IMG/VR virus record: IMGVR_UViG_3300042451_000960
DNA: 64,000 bases
Reading direction: 5' to 3' (one strand)
DNA from: a virus
Lineage: Duplodnaviria > Caudoviricetes
Notes under the pieces: generated by a model
What the model saw: only the letters and a program-made list of their open reading frames with translations
The model's database searches: none
Told to the model about the DNA's origin: nothing
Program-made: the position numbers and the translations under genes
Part shown: one piece after another, positions 18,661 through 27,442 of the stretch
Position numbering within the stretch: the stretch's first letter is position 1
Layout: each line of letters opens with the position of its first letter

Positions 18661-19529
18661 TATTTTACTTTAGATTTAAGTTCCTTAATTAGCTCATAAG
18701 AAAGCATAATTGATGAAACTTGAGAATCAGATACAGTCTTTCCAATTTTCATTTTTTCTAAAACGGAAATAGTTTCTGATAGTTTGATTTGCGTAACTTT
18801 ATCTTTTAATTTTGATTTAATACCATTTAATTCAGAAATAATATTTGGCAATTCTTGTCCAACGTAATCTTTAAATTTCGTAGTATTAGTGATATTGTTT
18901 ATATATTCTTTCAACAAATTCTTTTGAGAATCATCTAAATTTGTATATTTTTTGTTGAAAGTTTCTACTAAAATCTTATAAGTAAGTAATCTAAGGTCTT
19001 TGTCTTGTTGTTTATAGGATTCAATCAACTTTTTATCTTCAGCTGGTTGGATTTGTTGAGCGGGCTTTGATGTAATGTTTTCGATTAGGGTAATCTTAGA
19101 ATTAAAAATATCTTTAATATCATATACATCTGCTCTCTTAGATTCAAATACTTTATATATAGATGCTAGAACTTTATAGTTAGAAATAGGGGATGATAAA
19201 AATTGTTCAATTTCAAATTTTGCTGAAATTTCTTTAATAAGGTTAAATTTCTCTTTAGAAAGTATCGATTGATTTAATTTAGCGTGTGCATCACATACTG
19301 TTTCTACCAATCTATCTGCTTTTGTTTCGGAATTATATTTTTCCTTTAACAATATGTCATATAGACGTAATTCTTTGTTTAATTCCGTATTTGGAGCAAA
19401 GAACTCTGCTACAATTCTTTTTGCGTTTTCAGATTTATCGCCATTAAGAATTTCAAGCGTTATTTGTCTTACTAAAAGCTCAAATAACACTCCAGTATTC
19501 TTAAACTTTGAGTGTTTAATTTTTTTCAT
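18660..19529 (-). CDS. Hypothetical helical protein downstream of portal (possible prohead core)
   Basis: 289-aa ORF; position analogous to core genes after gp20. Confidence 0.6.
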   Translation of the reverse strand: MKKIKHSKFKNTGVLFELLVRQITLEILNGDKSENAKRIVAEFFAPNTELNKELRLYDILLKEKYNSETKADRLVETVCDAHAKLNQSILSKEKFNLIKEISAKFEIEQFLSSPISNYKVLASIYKVFESKRADVYDIKDIFNSKITLIENITSKPAQQIQPAEDKKLIESYKQQDKDLRLLTYKILVETFNKKYTNLDDSQKNLLKEYINNITNTTKFKDYVGQELPNIISELNGIKSKLKDKVTQIKLSETISVLEKMKIGKTVSDSQVSSIMLSYELIKELKSKVK

Positions 19530-19569
19530 TTACTTACCCTATATTTATTCTACCCTATAAACTAACACA

Positions 19570-19578
19570 TATAAATAT
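19570..19578 (-). promoter_or_regulatory. Late-promoter-like motif ATATTTATA
   Basis: 41 nt upstream of ATG 19529. Confidence 0.6.
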
Positions 19579-19595
19579 AAACAAATTTTTCTTTA

Positions 19596-21380
19596 TTAAA
19601 TTTTAGTTTCATCTAACAGGTTTTTTTCATCTAACATACCCGATTTTTGGGATTTTTCGTTTAAAACCTTCTTTTTTGATGAAATTCCGTTTATATATTC
19701 ACGTGCAAGCTTTTTAGCGTTTGTGTTTAATGTTCTATCATCTCTCTTTCGTTCCTTATGATTTTCCTTATCTCCCAATGGGTCTCTACCATATGGGTGC
19801 TTATCTTTACCATAAGTGTTTCCTTCTTTAGGTCTACCAACTCCCCTATTTAATTCAATTTCAGTTTTTAATTTACTGATTTCTTCTTCCACATTTTGTT
19901 GTTGTGGTGGGTTTGCTGGGTCTTGTCCTTGTTGTTCTATTGATGTATGTCTGAATCTATCTTTTAGGTCTAAGATTACTTTTGCTCTTTCAATATCTAT
20001 TTCATCTTGCGATAACCCAAATATATTATGATAAGACCAATCAGATGATAACATATTAAGTGCTTTTGCATCAGATGCTAATCTTACTTTTTCAGACCAT
20101 AAATTAACCTTTTCTTGCTCATAGATTGTAGAAGCGTTTGTGAGTGTTAATTCAAAATTTGTCATTTCTGAATCATCAATACCATTTGCTGCTAAGTGAA
20201 CTACTGCAATTTTTGCCAATTCACTAACAACTGTACGTTGGATTCTTTCAATAGTTCTTGCAAAACGAACATCTTCTGCAGCCAATGTAGCTTTACCATT
20301 AACATTTTCATCATAAGATAAGTAAGCCTTTGGTACTCTTAGAGCTGCAAATAATTTATTCTTTAAGTAATCAATATCTTCAATTGCTGCATATTCTAAA
20401 CCTTGCAGATTATCAATAGTTGTACCACTATCACTACCACGAACAGGTAGGAAAAAATCTTCAGTAAGGTTTTGGATATTGTATTTTAAGTTATAATCGC
20501 CAGTATTTTTATCAACAAATGGAGTTTTCTTCATTTTGTTAATAATCTTTTGCATATAGTTATCTACCTCTTGCGGTGGAATGTTACCAATATCAATTTT
20601 GAATACTCTCTTTTCAGGTGCTCTCATAATACGATGAATTAACATCGCATCTTCCATAAGAGATAATTGTTTCCAAATTCTTCTTGCACCTTCAACCATT
20701 GATTTGCCATAAGGTAAAAAGTTAGTGTCTGATAGCATTCTGAAGTGAGCCATTTCGTATTGCTCATATTCCTTTTTACCAAATCTGTCCAATTCCACCT
20801 TATACTTAACATAATCAGGATTATTTGGGTCAGTACCTTCTAATCTCTCTACGTTATAAGTTGAGTGTGGTGCTACGTTGATAATACCTTTACCAGGCAT
20901 AATTTCTAATGCTAAGAAAGCATCACCATATTTTACTAAGTTTCTAATCCAAGGCCATAAGTTAAATTCCACATTCATTATATCATAGAATAGATTGTGA
21001 AGCATTTCTCTTACGTTCTCATTCGTTGATTTAATTTGAAGAACATCACCATATTCATTCTTGGTTGTGGATTCATCTGCATATATGTCTAATGCTGAAC
21101 CTATAATCGGGTCCATATCCATAGCATCATAATCTCTAAAAAGTTCTCTACGAACTTGGTGATATGCCATTGATTGAGCACCTTGATGTGTTTCGAAGTA
21201 AGACCTTTGAAGTTTTGTGTACCTATCTCTTAGGTTTACAAAGTTTGTATTCAGCTGTCTATCTTCAACGTCAACTACTCTACGTTTACCTTCTTTATCA
21301 ACGGTTACGATTGCATTAGTTGAGAATAGTTTTTTAAGTCTCCCAAAGAAACTCCTATCGTCTTGGAATTGTTCTGCCAT
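19596..21380 (-). CDS. gp20: Portal protein, T4 gp20-like
   Basis: LMEDAMLIHRIMRAPEKRVFKIDIGNIP; EDFFLPVRG; DIDYLKNKLFAALRVPK. Confidence 0.96.
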   Translation of the reverse strand: MAEQFQDDRSFFGRLKKLFSTNAIVTVDKEGKRRVVDVEDRQLNTNFVNLRDRYTKLQRSYFETHQGAQSMAYHQVRRELFRDYDAMDMDPIIGSALDIYADESTTKNEYGDVLQIKSTNENVREMLHNLFYDIMNVEFNLWPWIRNLVKYGDAFLALEIMPGKGIINVAPHSTYNVERLEGTDPNNPDYVKYKVELDRFGKKEYEQYEMAHFRMLSDTNFLPYGKSMVEGARRIWKQLSLMEDAMLIHRIMRAPEKRVFKIDIGNIPPQEVDNYMQKIINKMKKTPFVDKNTGDYNLKYNIQNLTEDFFLPVRGSDSGTTIDNLQGLEYAAIEDIDYLKNKLFAALRVPKAYLSYDENVNGKATLAAEDVRFARTIERIQRTVVSELAKIAVVHLAANGIDDSEMTNFELTLTNASTIYEQEKVNLWSEKVRLASDAKALNMLSSDWSYHNIFGLSQDEIDIERAKVILDLKDRFRHTSIEQQGQDPANPPQQQNVEEEISKLKTEIELNRGVGRPKEGNTYGKDKHPYGRDPLGDKENHKERKRDDRTLNTNAKKLAREYINGISSKKKVLNEKSQKSGMLDEKNLLDETKI

Positions 21381-21388
21381 AATTTATT

Positions 21389-21826
21389 TTACCATTTTCT
21401 ACAAGACCAATATCTTGCTTTTGTTCTTGGACCAGGATTATCACAATTGTGTCTTGCTCTGAAGGATTTTCTTCTATCAGGATTAGACTTCTTAATTCTC
21501 ATTGTTTTATCTCCAAAGTTTACCTTAACTACTTTACCTGTTTTAGGATTCTTAACATAAACTTTAAACTTTTTAACATCACCTTGCATTGGTTTACCTA
21601 ACTTTACTTCTCTACCCTGATATTCTGCCTCGTAAACACAATTACAATTAGCTTCATCTAACGATTGTGAGTAAGATTTAAGATAATTTATAAAATCATC
21701 CATATCTTCTTGCTCAACATCCAATTCATCATAATCATCAATTGGGTTATCGGCTGGTTGGTCTCCCTTAGAATATGCTTTATTTACATATTCATCTTCT
21801 TTTAGGATATTTGTTAATTTAATCAT
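21389..21826 (-). CDS. Hypothetical protein with conserved basic C-terminal domain
   Basis: MIKLTNILKE start; KKFKVYVKNP...VNFG...RRKSFRARHNC...ARYWSC..W; AAGGAG 6 nt upstream of ATG. Confidence 0.7.
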   Translation of the reverse strand: MIKLTNILKEDEYVNKAYSKGDQPADNPIDDYDELDVEQEDMDDFINYLKSYSQSLDEANCNCVYEAEYQGREVKLGKPMQGDVKKFKVYVKNPKTGKVVKVNFGDKTMRIKKSNPDRRKSFRARHNCDNPGPRTKARYWSCRKW

Positions 21827-21854
21827 TTTAGTCTCCTTTTATTTTGACATATAC

Positions 21855-21863
21855 CATAAATAT
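21855..21863 (-). promoter_or_regulatory. Late-promoter-like motif ATATTTATG
   Basis: 29 nt upstream of ATG 21826. Confidence 0.55.
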
Positions 21864-21887
21864 CGGAAAATATCAAAACACTATAAT

Positions 21888-23489
21888 TTACAACCACTGT
21901 GTTAAGTCCTCAAAATTATCACCAATTCTCATTTTCCAAGGGTTATCATCCCTATCGGATGGTCCATAAACACCTTCGTATTGTTGATTTGATGAAATAC
22001 CACCCAAAGTTCTTTTTGTAAGGTCTATTCCTTCTTGTCTTAATCTAAGTGCCGTATCTCTTACCCACAACCCAATACAAAATGCCATCACCAAATCATC
22101 ATTATAACTTTTCATAGCCTCTGCTCTACCATTAATGAATATGAAAGTAAACAATTCATCTATCAAACGATTTGAACGAACTGTTACTGCTTTTTCCCTA
22201 AAGTATTCATCTAATTTAGATACAATCAAAGGTCTAGTTTTAGAAGTTGTTGAGAATCCAGCAACCATTTGTTTTTCGTCAGCTCTATATTTGTTTCTCA
22301 TTTGGTGTTCAACATCTACATACTTTAAATCCTTACTCATATAGAATAAGTTTTTATATTGTCTATCTATACATTGTTGAATACAAGCCCATCCAATATT
22401 TGCATTTTCTATTACTAATAATGCATCATTATATTCTGTTGAGAGATTGACTAAGAAGTTTCCAAAGTCTTTTGTATCAATTTTTCCTTTATATTCAGCA
22501 ACTTGTGTACAAGTTGTAATATCCATAACATGTGCGGCTGAATAGTCACTTCCATCTCCTCTCGCCACATCGGCTATCACCATATATGAACCATTTGCCA
22601 TTGGATATTCCCATCTCCAAAGGTTTCCATCAAATCCAGTCTTTTCAATTGGGTCTTGGCAAAATGTTTCTTTGTAAAACATCAATAGTTCAGGATCAAT
22701 AACAGTATCACCAGAAGATACGAAATCACAATCACATTCTTGAGCTGCTTTCTTTTGTCCTAATAGTTTTTCTTGTTCATCTCTCCATTGTTGTCCTCTT
22801 TCAGGATGAACTGTCCAATGCAATCTAATTGTATTGAATGGATTTTGTCCTTCCTCTGCACCTAACCAAGTTTTGTGAAACCAGTTACCCACACCATTAG
22901 GAGTAGAAAGTGCAATACAACTACCACCCGTTGATAAGGTAGATTGAGCTGCCACCCAAATCTCATCAATATCATCAATAAAAGCAGCCTCATCAAATAT
23001 AAGAAGTGATAGGGCTTCGGAACGTCCTGCATCCGGAGAACTAGCAATAGCCTTAATTTGAGAACCATTGTGTAAACGAAGGGAAAGTTTATTATCTTCC
23101 AAAGAACCACCCTTCAACCAAGAAGGAAGTAATTCATGCATCACCCTTACTTTAGTTACTAAGTTTTTTGCTACATCTTGCTTTGTTGCAATAACCAATA
23201 CATTGAAATCCGAATTGAATAACATTTTCCAAAGTGCATAACCAGCTGATAGCGTTGAGATACCAGTTTGACGTGATTTCAATACTATATTAAAACGATT
23301 ATTTGCAAATTGAGTTAATGTTTTTTCCTGAAATGGGAAAAGGTGAAAAGGTATTTTACCTCTCACCGGATGCTGAATCATACAATATTTTTTCATAAAG
23401 TGTATAGGGTCACTAGCACACTTTTTGTATTCTTCTGCAATAATCTCTTTTAAAGATTTCTTTTGTGTTATACCTAAATTTTGAGCCAT
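21888..23489 (-). CDS. gp17: Terminase large subunit, T4 gp17-like
   Basis: FHLFPFQ; Walker A LKSRQTGIST; Walker B LLIFDEAAF; STPNG; nuclease ADVARGDGSD and YNDDLVMA. Confidence 0.96.
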   Translation of the reverse strand: MAQNLGITQKKSLKEIIAEEYKKCASDPIHFMKKYCMIQHPVRGKIPFHLFPFQEKTLTQFANNRFNIVLKSRQTGISTLSAGYALWKMLFNSDFNVLVIATKQDVAKNLVTKVRVMHELLPSWLKGGSLEDNKLSLRLHNGSQIKAIASSPDAGRSEALSLLIFDEAAFIDDIDEIWVAAQSTLSTGGSCIALSTPNGVGNWFHKTWLGAEEGQNPFNTIRLHWTVHPERGQQWRDEQEKLLGQKKAAQECDCDFVSSGDTVIDPELLMFYKETFCQDPIEKTGFDGNLWRWEYPMANGSYMVIADVARGDGSDYSAAHVMDITTCTQVAEYKGKIDTKDFGNFLVNLSTEYNDALLVIENANIGWACIQQCIDRQYKNLFYMSKDLKYVDVEHQMRNKYRADEKQMVAGFSTTSKTRPLIVSKLDEYFREKAVTVRSNRLIDELFTFIFINGRAEAMKSYNDDLVMAFCIGLWVRDTALRLRQEGIDLTKRTLGGISSNQQYEGVYGPSDRDDNPWKMRIGDNFEDLTQWL

Positions 23490-24172
23490 TAATCAATTGG
23501 TGGTTTAACTAAATCGTAATTTTTATCTTTAAGTTTTTCCCAAGCCTCATTTCTTAGTTTTTTTGCCTGTTGTATTTCTTCTTCAAATCGTGTAATATCA
23601 GCAAGTATTTCTGCCTTTAATTCATTTACATCTCTTTCCATACTCCACTTTTCAAGCGTACCATCTTCTTGCACAACTTCATAATCTTGCTTAGCATCAT
23701 TGTACGCTTGTTGAAATTGTGATACTACATCTTTACCATACGAAATCATATTATTGTATATTTTATAATCTTCATATGCTTCCCACAACCCATCTAATTT
23801 AATTGTTAATTCTTTTTTTGCTAAACAAGTTGCACAATATCCAGTTTTTGAGATGAGTTTTTTATCAGCTCTACTTAATTTAATTGTATTACAAGCATCA
23901 CCCTTGCAACTATTTAATGCAGCTAGGTAAGCTCGTGTCTCAGCCATTATATCACCCAATTCGGATACTTCTACTTTACCAGCAGCATGTTGCTCCCAAG
24001 ACTTTCCGTTTTCATCAGTCCATCTTTCACCAACCTCACGTTTTACATTTTGTTTATCTGCCCCGGCGAATGATATTTGTGTATTTTTTTCATAATCACC
24101 GCCTGTTAAAACCATATTTACCAACTTTCGGCGGGTTGGATGCATGTACTTTTTTTGAAATTCCTTTGCCAT
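23489..24172 (-). CDS. Hypothetical protein coupled to terminase (Cys cluster + coiled coil)
   Basis: CKGDAC...GYCATC; TAATG overlap with TerL start. Confidence 0.7.
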   Translation of the reverse strand: MAKEFQKKYMHPTRRKLVNMVLTGGDYEKNTQISFAGADKQNVKREVGERWTDENGKSWEQHAAGKVEVSELGDIMAETRAYLAALNSCKGDACNTIKLSRADKKLISKTGYCATCLAKKELTIKLDGLWEAYEDYKIYNNMISYGKDVVSQFQQAYNDAKQDYEVVQEDGTLEKWSMERDVNELKAEILADITRFEEEIQQAKKLRNEAWEKLKDKNYDLVKPPID

Positions 24173-24195
24173 ATTAGTTTTGATATATTCGTATA

Positions 24196-24204
24196 TATAA
24201 GTAT
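24196..24204 (-). promoter_or_regulatory. Late-promoter-like variant ATACTTATA
   Basis: 24 nt upstream of ATG 24172. Confidence 0.45.
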
Positions 24205-24224
24205 ATCAAAATTAAATAAAACGA

Positions 24225-26573
24225 TTATCTTCCGTACTTAAAGATACCCAATATTTGATTTAATGGTGCAAATGCTCCAGTCAATTTATAGGTATTTCCC
24301 CCATAAACGAAAACAATACCCTCATTTGGAACAATTTTATCAAATCCACCTAAAGAATTTAAGCGGCTTAATTCAATTTTTAATTTATCAATTTGTTGTG
24401 GATTTCCAGAAGCTTTTATTTGCTTAATTGCAGTTCCCAATTCTTTTCTTAATTGTTTGGTTGCATCCGAAGGATTGGCGGTAAGTACAGATTCCATAAA
24501 TGATAATACATCAGCACCAACACCTAAAAAGATTTGTTCAAACTTCATTATGTTTTCTTTCATAATCTTTTGCTGGTCTTGCTTATCAGTTTTATCCGCC
24601 CATGCTTTTATCTTCTGGTCTTGTATTTGATTTATACGCATTGATTTATCACCAAAAGCCCATCTTTTAACCAACCCTATTTTTGAATTTATGTCTAATT
24701 TTTTTGCATTCTTTTCAACATAATTTTGCCACCAAGCCTGATGGTAATCTGCTACTCCAGCTGAATCAGAAAGTTTAAATTCGTTTTGCAATTTATTAAC
24801 CATTGATATATACTTTCCTTGTAATTTAGAAAGTTCTTGAGATTTTGGTAATGATTGTATTGGGGGTCCCTGAATTGTGTATGTATTTTGTACATGCTTA
24901 TTAACTTGCTTAATCATACCAGCTAAGATAGATGCCGCCTGTTGGTTCTCTCCGATTACTTCACCTTCTTTATTATATTCAAAAGTTCCGTGAAATACTA
25001 AAATGTTTTGTCCATATGGTATTACGTTTGAATTCTTTGGATATATTACTTCCAAATTCATAAAACATGCACCATCTTTAAATATCTTCTTACGTTGTGG
25101 TTCAGTTAATCCTGCTATTGCTTTTGAAAGGTCATTCATAGCAAATGTATAAGCATCTGTAAGAGCACCTCTACCAGCAAATTGTTTTGCAACCTGCCCT
25201 ATAGTCATTGCACCTTCACCTTTATTTTTTGTATGAGATTTATTTCTTGCGGCAACCAATCTACCATTTACCCAACTAATTGCCAATGCCTGTCCATCAG
25301 TTTTTTCTCTTGCTAATTCCAAATCACCATTAAGAGCTTTAGTTACAATATTTTTAAGGTCACCAAATGTAAGATTCATCTGAATGTCAAATGGGTGATT
25401 CATATGTCCATATGCTCCACCTTCTAAAAGTAAACCTTCACTTAGTGGGGTTTCAATCTTTGATAATTTACTATAATAATTTGGGTCTTCGTATAAATGG
25501 TCTAATGCTATTTCTTTTGCAACATTTACATCGGTTGTATGCTCTCTTTCTACTGCATATCCTTTTATAAATTCGTTCTTTAAAGTCTGCTGACTAACTT
25601 TATGGTGTTTAGCTATATCCGATAGTGTCATACCTTCGGCTTTTCCACCTGGTATTTTATCTTCTTTTACTTTAGTGTATTCCTCACTACCATCTTTATC
25701 CAATTTAGATTTTAATTTCTTAACATCTTTTGGATTTGGTGCTCCATTAATATATCCACCAGTCAAAGATAATCCAACACCAGCACCACCACCTAGTCCT
25801 TCTTTAATATCTTTCTTAGGAATTCTAAATGTTACGGCTTTCTTACCATTGATTGTTGGCATTCCCCATTCATCTTTTCCGATAGATTTAACAAAAACTT
25901 TTTTGTTTTTAAATTTACCCATTAAGATTTGGTCACCAATCTTAACATTTAATTTAATTTCTTCGTTAATATATTCTTTAAGAGATTTAAGTTTGAGAGT
26001 AATCATTTTGAATATTTGCTCATCAAACTTTGGATATGCTTTCATAAAACCTTTCTTTCTATCCGCTTCACTACCAGCACTTAACCAATAACGAACATCA
26101 GTTCCACTTATAGGATTTGATTGAGCAGGTGCTATATAAACGTACCCCCTATCCAAATATCCAGTATCTACTTTACCTTTATATGGTTTGAAGTATTTAC
26201 CACTTAGACGTGAAGAATCTTTTTCACCAACTGCTGTTATAAATGCAGTAGTATCTGAATCAAATTTATTGAGTATTTCTTGTGGAGCGTATGGGTTTTT
26301 AATACTGACTATTTTGTTTGATGGAATACCAAACATCTTTGTCATTATTACTTTCTTTTCCTTAAACCCGAATGGAGATTTCTTTGAATCGGTTACATCG
26401 GAAGTTCCTACATAAACATTATCCCTTCCAAACTTCTTAACCAAATGGTCATACGTTGCGTAGTGACCCTTATGAAAAGGTTGAAAGCGGCCCGAATAGA
26501 CAACTATTGTTTTGTCTATCTGAGCCGCTTCACCTAATATGCTTTCTATTAAAAATTGTGCTAATCTGTTCAT
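24225..26573 (-). CDS. Multidomain protein: HIGH-family (NMNAT/NadM-like) nucleotidyltransferase + DUF5661-like + ATP-dependent ligase-fold domain
   Basis: SGRFQPFHKGH, SPF..KEK, ISGTDVR; GYAVEREHT....AKEIALDHL.EDPNYY.KL; EKTDG, EGIVF, YKLTG. Confidence 0.7.
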   Translation of the reverse strand: MNRLAQFLIESILGEAAQIDKTIVVYSGRFQPFHKGHYATYDHLVKKFGRDNVYVGTSDVTDSKKSPFGFKEKKVIMTKMFGIPSNKIVSIKNPYAPQEILNKFDSDTTAFITAVGEKDSSRLSGKYFKPYKGKVDTGYLDRGYVYIAPAQSNPISGTDVRYWLSAGSEADRKKGFMKAYPKFDEQIFKMITLKLKSLKEYINEEIKLNVKIGDQILMGKFKNKKVFVKSIGKDEWGMPTINGKKAVTFRIPKKDIKEGLGGGAGVGLSLTGGYINGAPNPKDVKKLKSKLDKDGSEEYTKVKEDKIPGGKAEGMTLSDIAKHHKVSQQTLKNEFIKGYAVEREHTTDVNVAKEIALDHLYEDPNYYSKLSKIETPLSEGLLLEGGAYGHMNHPFDIQMNLTFGDLKNIVTKALNGDLELAREKTDGQALAISWVNGRLVAARNKSHTKNKGEGAMTIGQVAKQFAGRGALTDAYTFAMNDLSKAIAGLTEPQRKKIFKDGACFMNLEVIYPKNSNVIPYGQNILVFHGTFEYNKEGEVIGENQQAASILAGMIKQVNKHVQNTYTIQGPPIQSLPKSQELSKLQGKYISMVNKLQNEFKLSDSAGVADYHQAWWQNYVEKNAKKLDINSKIGLVKRWAFGDKSMRINQIQDQKIKAWADKTDKQDQQKIMKENIMKFEQIFLGVGADVLSFMESVLTANPSDATKQLRKELGTAIKQIKASGNPQQIDKLKIELSRLNSLGGFDKIVPNEGIVFVYGGNTYKLTGAFAPLNQILGIFKYGR

Positions 26574-26588
26574 ATAGTTATTATACTA

Positions 26589-26597
26589 TATAAATAT
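26589..26597 (-). promoter_or_regulatory. Late-promoter-like motif ATATTTATA
   Basis: 16 nt upstream of ATG 26573. Confidence 0.6.
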
Positions 26598-26613
26598 TGA
26601 AGATTAACATTTA

Positions 26614-27018
26614 TTAATTTCCATCAATTTTTACTTCACCTTCAGATGGTGCTTGTGGAGCTAATTGTTGTTTTTGCATTTCTGCAATTTGTTTTCTTGA
26701 AAGAGTTCCAGGTTGATATTGGATAGTTCCTTCCATAAGGTTCAAACGTCCTCCAGGATACCTATCATCCAAATCATCCATCATTTTTTTGAATTCATCA
26801 TTTTTTTGTTTGAATTCTTCTTCAATTCTTATAACAGTTTCATCAAGTTTTCTCGATTCTTCCATTAAATCTTTTCTTCTTAAATAAAGATTTCCAAAAT
26901 CAGTTACATAATTACCCAACATAGTGTTAAGGTTTTTAACTGAATTTAAAGTTTCTTCATCAAGTTTTACTGTTTCGATTTCAATTGTTGTTTTTGTAGG
27001 AATGTTATCTAATGACAT
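26614..27018 (-). CDS. Coiled-coil protein, paralog of 30813..31070
   Basis: FGNLYLRRK...LDDRYPGGRLNLMEGTIQY. Confidence 0.7.
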   Translation of the reverse strand: MSLDNIPTKTTIEIETVKLDEETLNSVKNLNTMLGNYVTDFGNLYLRRKDLMEESRKLDETVIRIEEEFKQKNDEFKKMMDDLDDRYPGGRLNLMEGTIQYQPGTLSRKQIAEMQKQQLAPQAPSEGEVKIDGN

Positions 27019-27042
27019 AATTTATGTTTTTTTGTTTGTATA

Positions 27043-27051
27043 TATAAGTAT
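27043..27051 (-). promoter_or_regulatory. Late-promoter-like variant ATACTTATA
   Basis: 25 nt upstream of ATG 27018. Confidence 0.45.
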
Positions 27052-27052
27052 A

Positions 27053-27442
27053 TTACTTTTTATTTTTTAAAATCTTAGATGTACTAAAGCCTGGTATTTT
27101 GTTGAAATATTCAATTTTTGGTACAAATTCTGCGCCTATTATTTGTTCATAACTATAATCGTTTCCAATTACCATAATATCAGGTCCCCATTCTTTTATT
27201 CTTTCGATTAATTCATCATCAGAATCAAAAGAGACCACAGAGTCAACACCATTGATAGCGGATAGAAACTCCATACGGTCAGCCAACGTATTGAACGGCC
27301 TTCCCACTCCTTTTTTTGAACGAACTCTTTCATCCGTATCAATCCCCATTCGTAAGGTGCCCAATGATGCACCATGTAACATAAGTCTGATGTGGCCAAT
27401 GTGCAAAACATCAAAAGTTCCATTTATCCAAATTTTTTTCAT
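27053..27442 (-). CDS. hldC: Heptose-1-phosphate adenylyltransferase (HldC / RfaE domain II-like)
   Basis: GTFDVLHIGH; KG.GRP.N.L.DRM..L.A...VD.VVSF; PDIMVIGNDY; GFSTSKIL. TagD-type cytidylyltransferase not fully excluded. Confidence 0.75.
   Translation of the reverse strand: MKKIWINGTFDVLHIGHIRLMLHGASLGTLRMGIDTDERVRSKKGVGRPFNTLADRMEFLSAINGVDSVVSFDSDDELIERIKEWGPDIMVIGNDYSYEQIIGAEFVPKIEYFNKIPGFSTSKILKNKK

Noticed and set aside
12567-23489. Inteins or group I introns in terminase, portal or capsid genes
   Set aside because: ORFs are continuous and of normal length with no Hint (C...HN) or homing endonuclease insert evident.
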